Below, piece by piece: positions 53,389 through 62,489 of a DNA stretch of 64,000 bases. The stretch spans positions 2,542,001 to 2,606,000 of the forward strand of contig NC_047065.1 in NCBI RefSeq assembly GCF_902459465.1, written 5' to 3'. The notes beneath the pieces are model-generated. The model was not told where the DNA came from. It worked only from the letters and a program-made list of their open reading frames with translations, and did not search any database. Made by a program: the position numbers and the translations under genes. The stretch is from Asterias rubens (Eukaryota). Each line of letters starts with the position of its first letter. Positions within the stretch are counted from its first letter, which is position 1.

Positions 53389-55669
53389 ATATCACAACTT
53401 TACGTTTATCTGTTTTCCTTTTTAATATGAACAAAATCGCATTGATGTTGATCTACTTGGTAAGGACATCATAATGCATATCAACGACTGGATTTATACA
53501 GTTCTGAAGGCACGATTGTTAATAAAAACATCAACAGGTTAATTAATTATCTGTGTTCTACACATGTGTGCAAAACATCATCCCATCCGCACAAACTGCT
53601 TATGGTGAAAGATCCAAAGTGAAATAATCAAAGACAAGGCTTGGAGCAACTTACTCCACAAATCCTAACAACTCACTGACAATGATTAAATTGTAGTACA
53701 GACATGACATGGGCACCTTAAAAAAAAAGTAGGAATATTGTATTGAGTTCAAGAGCAGACCTACTTGTAAACAGTGGGACTATTTCAAGGCAGTGGACAC
53801 TATTAGTAATTACTCAAAATAATCATTAGCATAAAACCTCCTTTGGTAATGGGGAGAGGTTGATGGTACAAAACATTGTGGAAAAACTGATCCCTCTGAA
53901 GTGCCGTAGTTTTCGAGAAAAAAGTAATTTTCCACGAATTTGATTTTGAGACCTCAATTTTAGTTGAAATCAACCATCTAAACGCACACAACTTGGTGTG
54001 ATAAGGGTGTTTTTTCTTTCATTATTATCTCCCAACTTCGACGCTTAATTGAGCTCAGGTTTGTTATTTCATGCATATGTTCCGATACACCAAGTAAAAA
54101 GACTGGTCTTTAACAATTACCAATAGTGTCCACTGTATTTAATCAAAACACTTTTCCATGGGCAAACAAAATCGGAAATCAAACTAAATAAGGAAGTTCT
54201 CAACGTTGTTCAAATGTATGGCAGGCATGATATTTGAACCTTGGGAGAAAAAAAGGGAGGAACATTTTATTGAGTTCAAGGGTAGACCTACCTCTTCACA
54301 CGGTGTAGTCTTTAATAGAATTTAAGGCTACTAAATCAAAAATATTAAGATTTTTCCCAAGAGCAAACGAATCGGAAATCGGACTAAAAGTAGGAAGATT
54401 GCCTGCCCGGTATAGCCAAATTCAGACCCAGAAAGATTTGGCATTGTTTACACAAATCACGATCAGTGAACATTGATCAGTTTTCGTACTCGTCGATAAC
54501 TTATTTCTTTTGTTTACTCATCTATAACTTTCTCTTACTTTGATCAAAGAAGTCTTAATAGATATGACGATTTAAACTTAATTTGTATAAACACTGGGAA
54601 CAAACAAAATGCTGCAAAAGGTGGGGACGTATTTTGTTTTGAACTCTACAAAATAATATTAAATAAATCCCTGATGAGAAAATGAGGTTTAAGAGTTGAG
54701 ATCGTGTCAGTTTACCGCCCAAATACTCAACACGATGTTCAGAGATTGCCTGAAAATATCATCAACCGACTGCTTAGTTCAAATAATAACAGACAGTATA
54801 AATATTGCAGATAATATTGTGATATTGTTTATTTTGAGTGGGTAATTTTTGTCCTTAAGGTGTCATTAGCCCCATGCTCACAAACAGTGTGTTATCACCA
54901 ATCCCTACTGCAAGTCATTGTCAGGCCAAGTATTGCTTTTTGTAGAATCTCTTAAAAGTTCCTGGACAAAAATTTTACAAATGACGAAATCAACTATTGT
55001 TTAATAGATGGAAGTTTTCATCAGGAATAAAGAATATTAATTTTGGCTTTACTCATATGCCTGTAATTTTGTTGACAGAGCTCTGGAAAGTACTGAGAAT
55101 GCTTGTACAGTGCTAACACATATCGGTGTATATGGGTAAAACCAAATTTAACAATATTGTTCTTTGACGGAAGGTAAAAGTCAGTAATAATACCGAATGA
55201 ATATCACTCAACTTCAGAAAGTTCAACTTTACATCAATCGTAGATGTTTTTCTTGTTGCCCCTAGCAAGAGTGATGGGTTAAAGTCAGGCGCACGATGGT
55301 CACACAATGGAAATCTTGATGCGTCGATCATTAAAAAAAAAACAGTTTATATGCCTTGGCGATGACTTTTAGGATCACGCGTCAAGATTTCCATTGCGCA
55401 ACTACCGTGCGACCGCCTATAAAGTGGCCTTTAGTCTTGTTTGGGAAGAAATTCCATGAACAAAAAATTATGAACACAATTCCTCCACACTTTTGAAATA
55501 TCCTTCAGTAACATTGATAGCGTCCGATACTAAAACCTGGTGATAACTGGACGGTTGGATTACAAAAATTAAGCTGAAACAAGTTACCCTCTTTGTTAGA
55601 ATTACTTATAAATCAACAGCGACTCATGGAGGCGTTGGTGTCTAGCTATGGTGTCAGGTCACTGAAGCT

Positions 55670-55684
55670 TTAAACTGGTGGTTC
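55670..55684 (-). CDS. Candidate terminal coding exon (EPPV-stop) of the same gene
   Basis: Strong acceptor cttttgtttttttgcAG in phase 0, matching the phase-0 donor at 56841; TAA at 55672-55670, then AT-rich UTR-like sequence. Confidence 0.4.
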   Translation of the reverse strand, partial: EPPV

Positions 55685-56841
55685 CTGCAAAAAAACAAAA
55701 GTATTGGTTAATTAGGGAGAGTTGAAGGCATCATAATTGGTTATTCATAAATACCTCAGACAGTTTCGCTATTCCTATTGGTGGAGAGCGCGTCACGTGG
55801 GTGTGTATAAACCTTTGTTTATGACCGGTAAAAAGTGTCAATTCATGGGCGTGACACGCGACCTTGCACCTGTTCTTATAAGACAGTTTCTGCATTCCTA
55901 TTGGTCGAGAGCAACTGCTGAAACAGTTGTGCCACATCACGCTATACGAGCACAGCATTCCCTTATAAGGAGTTGTTTACCTGAGGGTGGCGGAGGGCTT
56001 TACCATTTCATAGCTGGAGGGGTGTTGTGTTGAAAGAAATCATTTAACAATTATAATTTTTGCATTTATTTTACTTTTTGACCAAAAAGTGATGATGTTT
56101 TTGACCGAAAGGTATTAATGAATGGGAATCAAAGTGTGTTGGTTTTCAACTAGTGGGTTAAACCCGCCGAGGCCTGGTTCTTTGTAATTTATCAAGAACC
56201 AGGCCTCGTTGGGATTAAACCACTAGTTGAAAACCGATTCACCACACATTGATTCCCTTGGTATTAATAATAATTAACTATTCTTGTATAACGCATATCA
56301 CAACCACAGAGCTGTCTCTATGCACTTTGAGATGAAAACAAAATAGAAGTTAAAGTTAATACAGATGAGGTAATTACAAAAGCAAAATTGAGTTGATACA
56401 GAAAGAAATACTGAAGGCTCTTGCAAAAACAGATATGTTTTAAACTTTCTCTGAATTTAAATTCACCGTTTGATTTGTCTGACTGTCATGGTTGAAATCT
56501 TTCTTGTTGATGGACATTTTTGTGAAGGAAATGAATAAGTCACAGAGTAGATGGTAATGAAGTATAACAACATCATAATATCAATAAGCATTTATTTATA
56601 GCGCCTTAACCAAGGCCTTAAAGCGCTTCACAAAACAAAACAAAAATCATCAACTACATAATACAGATAGAAAACACTCATCAAAACAGACATGATATTT
56701 GGTCCTAGAAAAAAAAAAGTATAAATATTTCATAATTTTAAAGGGCTGACATATATGTACACATGGTGTAGGCTATAAAATAGTACAAATGGGCTAAAAC
56801 AAATTTACAAAAAACCCATAGGGTTAAATAAGTATACTTAC

Positions 56842-56978
56842 TACTTGTATGTTGTGGAGATTGTTGGAAAGACTACAGCTACTGAAATAACGCACGTCTT
56901 GGTCTAAATCTTTCTGCAACTCGGTCAGAACTTCAATCATCTTCTCATAGCATGGATTCGCCATAGTTTGGTAAAATT
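56842..56978 (-). CDS. Probable penultimate exon of a HEAT-repeat PP2A-A/PPP4R1-like phosphatase regulatory subunit
   Basis: Branch-like ctcactaat plus ttattccgcAG acceptor, GTAAGT donor, 137 nt open: FYQTMANPCYEKMIEVLTELQKDLDQDVRYFSSCSLSNNLHNIQV. LQ.D.D.DVRYF resembles the C-terminal HEAT repeat of PPP4R1/PP2A-A (from memory). Confidence 0.6.
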
Positions 56979-58005
56979 CTGCGGAATAATTCAAGAGTAT
57001 TAGTGAGTTATGTTAACTGATGATGGCGACAAAAACAAAACTGGAGCCGTTTTTGTCCTTGTGCCCTTTTGTGCCTTTGTTATTTTTATTGTCTGGATCG
57101 CCTTTAGATAGTGATTATTTTCCGCTTTTTGGTTATCCGCAGGCTTGTTCTCTGTGTAGTCTTATTTGTATTGCCTATTCTTTGTATGTTCTGTTTGCCT
57201 GAAAATAAATAAATAATTAATAAATAAATAAAATAAAATTTCAAAAAGAGCCAAGATAGATCTTCACCGTGTATCAATCTTAATTGCTGAAGTATGATGC
57301 CGCAATACAAATCTTTATAGTGACTAAGTGATTTGTATTTCGACTTCAGACTATGCTTAGGATGAGTTGTTGATTCAACCTCTGGAGAACCTCTGTGATT
57401 TTCACATTTTTTTGTCAAAAACGTGACGACTATTTGCACCGCTGTGGGCGTTGAGGGCGACTGACTCCTTGTCAGTCGCGATTCTGGTGTCCACCGGATG
57501 GACGTTTTGGGCGGCAGGTCCCAAAGTTTTAAAAAGATATGTTCCTCGTGACCGAATTACCATCGGGAAATCGGGAGTGGACGGCAATGGTGAAACCACT
57601 GGCGTCGATGGCCTAAGACCAAGGTAGTATCTTTGCCTTCGGGGGAAAATTAAGTTTTCTTATTTTCGACCGTTTAGACCCATGTGTGGGAAAATGTGTT
57701 TCACTTGCCGGGCACAATGGCGGCCGGTCTTTGCGCTTGGGCGCATTTGTATAAGGGACATAAATGGTGCCTTTGTTAATCGTTTAGTGGTTAACAATGG
57801 CACGTTCCTTGATGGTATCAGGGGTCCATGGTGGTCAGTGGATTGCATGAGTGGGTACATGGGTGTCGCATGAGTGGGTACATGAGTTAAAGTGCAGGTG
57901 CCAGCGGGCACGCAGGCATAATATAAGAGTGTTTCATTATATGCATGTACGTTGCAACCTACCCTGTGTTTCTACCTCCATGCTTTACCGGTACAATTCT
58001 TAAAG

Positions 58006-59303
58006 ATGGACGAGTACACTGCTGTTGAGGAGAAAGCGGACGCCTACGGCGACGTGGCGGCCGACAAAGCCGCCCCCCTTTTCCGAGGTCTATGCTCTAC
58101 CTTTCGGGTTTCAGTGGAATGCTTTAACTCCCTTCTTGATGATGGCTGGGACGATCCGGATCAACTAATGAACTTGTCGGCTGACTGGCGCAGCCAGGTT
58201 TTGGCATTGGCACCAAATGGGGGTCAGAAGCGGAACTTGGAGCTTCTGCTCGACCGTGTGGATGCAGGGCCTCTCGACGGGCCAGCACCAAAGAGGCGAC
58301 GTGTTCTGCAGCTGGCGGCCAAAGAGTTCGACGTTCCAGCCGGCCGGAAGGACGCAGCGGTCGTCGTCCCTTTTGAGGAACGTCCCGGCAGTTCCACCGG
58401 TGCGCATGCACCAGAGGCAGCGGTTGCAAAGGAGTCCGCTTCCCCACAGGTATTTCCTTAATTTGTGTAGCCCCATATGTCATGCAATATTAATAGGCTC
58501 CTTGACTATTTTGCATTCTATCTGTTGCTCATTGTTTGCTGCTCTCAGAAGCTTTGTTCACAATATATAGAAGTGGGGTATGAATCTATTTAAATTTGGA
58601 TTTGGTCACTGTTTGGTTGCAGTCGGTCGCAAGGGGTGTATCGCTGTAGGCAGAGGGGGGCTGCGGTACTTCATTAGTATTGCGTTAAGATTGCTTTGCA
58701 GCAGTTGACTAAACCTATTTTATCATGGTAGAGAGGACCATCGAGGTATGGTGGTGTGTTGAGCTGACCTGATGCACCATTGGGGGTCGTACTAGTTAGT
58801 TAATATATTCGGTGCTTCTGTACCCTAGATAATGGTTCGGGAGTTCAGTGTCCAAATGGGGAAGATTCCCTTTTAATTTGAAGCTTTGCATCCATGTATT
58901 AGATAAACCCGTAAAAGAGTTGGTGTTTTAAATGGGAGTGCCTATTTTTTGTGAGCCTTGCATAAGGGTAGTGCCCTAGTAATGAACATGGAAAGTGGGG
59001 GTTTTAAATTGGTAGCGCCCCCTTTTGTTTAGCTTTACATCGGGCAGTGCCCCAAGTATAATTAACCCGGAAAAATCGGGTGTAAATGGGGAGTGCCCAT
59101 CCTTGGTTAGGTTTGTACTCGGAATACCCCAAGTATTGAGCCCGGAAAATCGGGTGTTTTAAATGAGGAGTGCCCATCTCTGGTTAGCCTTAGTTTCCTT
59201 CGGGGAGTGCCCCAAGTATGTTCCCGGAAAATCGGGTGTTTTAAATGGGGAGCGCCCATCTTTGGTAAGTGTTAATTCGGGGAGTGCCCTAAGTAATGAA
59301 CCC

Positions 59304-59352
<49 letters not shown>

Positions 59353-59428
59353 GGGTGTCTTAAATGGGGAGTGCCCATTTTTTTTTGGGTTTTCCTTAGG
59401 GGAAGTGCCCCAGTTAATGCCCCCCCCC

Positions 59429-59468
<40 letters not shown>

Positions 59469-61042
59469 AGTGCCCATCTTTCTTTAGTTTTCCTTCAGGG
59501 AGTGCCCCAAGTTATGAACCGGAACAAATCGTGTGTTTTAAACGGGGAGTGGCCATTTTTGGTTAGTTTTCCTTCGAAGAGTGCCCCAATTAAGGAACCC
59601 GTAAAATCGGGTGTTTTAAACGGGGAGTGCCCATCGTTGTTTAGTTTTCCTTCGTGGAGTGACCCAAGTACGGAACCCGGAAAAATCCGGTGTTTTAAAT
59701 GGGGAGTGCCCATCTTTGTTTAGTTTTCCTTCGGGGAGTGCCCCAAGTATGGAACCCGGAAAATCGTGTGTTTTAAATGGGAAGTGCCCATCGTTGTTTA
59801 GTTTTCCTTCGGGGAGTGACCCAAGTACGGAACCCGGAAAAATCCGGTGTTTTAAATGGGGAGTGCCCATCTTTGTTTAGTTTTCCTTCGGGGAGTGCCC
59901 CAAGTATGGAACCCGGAAAATCGTGTGTTTTAAATGGGGAGTGCCCATCTTTGGTTAGTTTTCCTTCGGGGGGGGGGGGTGTCCCAATTAATAAACCCGA
60001 AAATTTGTGTTTTAAATGGGGAGTTCCCATCTTTGGTTAGCTTCCCTTTGGGGAGTGCCCCGAGTATTGAACCCGGAAAATCGGGTGTTTTCAATGGGGA
60101 GTGCCTATTTCTAGCTAGCTTACCTTAGGGGAGGGCCCCAGGGAATGAGCCCAGAAAAATGGGTGTTTTAATCGGCGGTTAGTAAGGTTTAGCTTTTCAT
60201 CGGGGAGAGTCCCAAGAATTGAGCCGGGAAAAAATGGGGAGTGCCCATCTTTGGTTTTACATAGGGGAGTGACCCCATAAATAAAAGGGGAGTGCCCTGA
60301 GAAATGAACCCAGAAAATGGGTGTTTCTAGAAGGGGAGTGCCCCTCTCTTGTGGTCTTGGTCGGCACTGGGGCGTCCCCCGTTTTGCTTGGGCCTTGGAA
60401 GTTAAGGAAATGTGGGGAGTGCATCCCCTACGTATAGACGTATTTTGCCCGTTACAAGGGGTTGCTATATAAGACTAGAGCTCAATAAAATTAGCTCCTT
60501 AAAGAAGGGTTAGCAGTTTGTTTGCACTCGTATCACGTTATATTTGTTCACCGCAGGCAAAATCGGCTCTGGAAGTCCATAAACCTGGCAGGCTTCAGTT
60601 ACTCAAGGCTTGCACCGAGACCGGTTACGATCGTAACGTAGCCTATGTCATGGCTCTCCTTCGTAAGTACGTCTCCGAGTTCGTTCCTCTATCACCCGAG
60701 GACATCAAAGAGAAACAGTTGTATGTCAACCTTCTGTCTGATTGCAACAAGCACGTTGAGGCCAAGACGCCTGGCATAGCAATGTACATCTATAAGTCAA
60801 TTACTGGGGAAGATTCGGACAAGCGTCTGCGCTTTGCAAGAAAGCATCTTGGTCACATCGTCCCTCCTGGTGATGTCAAACCTCGCTCAGCGGCCCAGAG
60901 TGGCACAGCCTTCAGAGCCGGGCAGCCTCAGCGACAGGGTTTCAGACAATTCCGTCAGCCGGGTGTGCCGAGAGACAGGGATGTCTGTTTCCGATGCCGT
61001 AAAAGGGGTCATTTTTCTCGAGACTGCAAGGAAATACTTTAA
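58006..61042 (+). CDS. gag-like ORF1, predicted as two exons (58006-58449 + 60557-61042), 309 aa
   Basis: CAG|GTATTT phase-0 donor at 58450 and tatatttgttcaccgcAG| phase-0 acceptor at 60556 join in frame (..ESASPQ|AKSALE..). Ends in CFRCRKRGHFSRDC (CX2CX4HX4C). Confidence 0.7.
58910..60345. repeat. 78-bp tandem satellite, ~18 copies, inside the predicted gag intron
   Basis: Unit aaatcgggtgttttaaatggggagtgcccatctttgtttagttttccttcggggagtgccccaagtatggaacccgga; two GGGGAGTGCCC sub-repeats per unit; degenerate at both edges; poly-A runs at ~59307-59350 and ~59431-59465. Confidence 0.93.
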
Positions 61043-61194
61043 GTTCTCCCGAATCGGTTTGCCATGGTGGACTTTTAGTCAACGTACGGCGGGGGAAAGG
61101 GGCCTCGGGGTGATATCTCGGGTTTATATGTGCATGCTCTAGGGGGGGATCATAAGATATTCAGGTTTGTTCGAGGAATGCCTCGCCCTACTTC

Positions 61195-61195
<1 letters not shown>

Positions 61196-61269
<74 letters not shown>

Positions 61270-61283
61270 AAAAAATAAAAAAT
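61196..61283 (+). repeat. Poly-A tract (~70 A) between gag and pol
   Basis: Directly visible homopolymer. Confidence 0.95.
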
Positions 61284-61513
61284 ATCACGTAGAGTACTGT
61301 ATCGTTTATGGTGTTGTGGTTTAGTGGCTCAAATAAAACGATATGAGCGGTTGGCAGTTTGACGCTAAGAAATTACATTTGTGAGTGAGTTGTATTCATG
61401 ACTTATTGTCCGAGTTTTCTTTTCCCTTTTATATATTTTATAGACCGTTCATTGGCCGTTGGAAATGTTTTACAAGCTGTGCTTTAAACGGTTTCTCTCT
61501 TGATTAAACCTAG

Positions 61514-62458
61514 GAGTATAGGCGGTACTTGAAGATATTGGGAACCCATGTGTGGGAGAGCTCATCTTGCTACCCCTTTGATCCTGTTGCAGCTCAGGCG
61601 GCCAGGCGGCGCCAAGGTTCGTGTATCTGGGTAGATATATCCGGAGCTGCTGCAGGGCCCCCCGATGGATCAGAGCCAACTCCGGCTGAAGTTCTTTCAG
61701 GTGTTTGCCGGCCTAATTTTCAAGCCCTGCGTTTTCGAGACCCAGATGTATTTGTAGCTGGAGGTCTCCACGATCATCCCCAGGCGTGGGATGACATATT
61801 GGCTGAGTGCCCTCACGCCGGTCAGCAGATAGGGCAATGGTTGCGTCAAGGCGTAGACTTGTTTGAGTTTTTCCAACACTTTAGAGGAGAATACCGGGGT
61901 AGAACCTTTGACTCGGCTATCCCGCCACCCATGTACTTTTCTAACGCCCCTATTTGCAAGGAATTCATCCCTTTCATTAATGAGACAATTTTGAAGCGCC
62001 TTGTAGAGGGGTCAGTGGAGCTTATTGGGGCGGTAAAAAGTACAAGACCGCCGAGGTGTGTCAATGCGCTCACCATCGAACCCAACAAACCCAGATTAGT
62101 TTTGTCGATGAAGGGGCCAAACCTCTGGTGTAAGGATACACCTTTCAAATTAGTTCCATTGGGGGAAATTGTGAAATCGATTGGTCGGGGTGGAAAGTTC
62201 TCGGGAACCGACGACGCTCAGGGATACAAACAAATCCTTCTAAATGAGAGGTCTAGGACCTTCTGTGGTTTTGAATGGGCGGGATTCTATTTTGTTGACA
62301 CTACTCTCCCTTTCGGTTTCAAAAACAGTGCCTACATATATTCCTCACTTGGGTTTTGTCTCTCAACCTGGTTAAAAAACAGGGGCATTCACACAGAAGT
62401 TTGGATCGATGACCGTTTCATTGGAGAGTGTGGTGGAGAGGGGAAGTCTTGTTCCTAA
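61514..62458 (+). CDS. pol part 1: reverse transcriptase N-terminal half
   Basis: IEPNKPRLV, TDDAQGYKQILL, FEWAGFYFVDTTLPFGFKNSAYIY, WIDD. Open from 61514, directly after cctAG. Confidence 0.88.
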   Translation, partial: EYRRYLKILGTHVWESSSCYPFDPVAAQAARRRQGSCIWVDISGAAAGPPDGSEPTPAEVLSGVCRPNFQALRFRDPDVFVAGGLHDHPQAWDDILAECPHAGQQIGQWLRQGVDLFEFFQHFRGEYRGRTFDSAIPPPMYFSNAPICKEFIPFINETILKRLVEGSVELIGAVKSTRPPRCVNALTIEPNKPRLVLSMKGPNLWCKDTPFKLVPLGEIVKSIGRGGKFSGTDDAQGYKQILLNERSRTFCGFEWAGFYFVDTTLPFGFKNSAYIYSSLGFCLSTWLKNRGIHTEVWIDDRFIGECGGEGKSCS

Positions 62459-62489
62459 AAGCAGAATGTTTGTTTTTGTTTGTTTGCAG

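Noticed and set aside
53154-53390. Possible terminal exon of the minus-strand gene (AG followed by an open frame)
   Set aside because: The segment is bounded by inverted repeats (MITE) and a better acceptor exists at 55685.
57030-57205. Extra minus-strand exon after the ttttcAG at ~57200
   Set aside because: All three frames stop before a convincing donor, and there is no recognisable homology.
59163-60128. Multiple 62-87 aa ORFs on both strands, including poly-Lys/poly-Phe
   Set aside because: Translations of the 78-bp satellite and poly-A runs.
60663-60668. Strong GTAAGT donor inside gag as a Gag-Pol splice
   Set aside because: It is phase 1; joining it to the 61443 or 61513 acceptor does not enter the RT frame.
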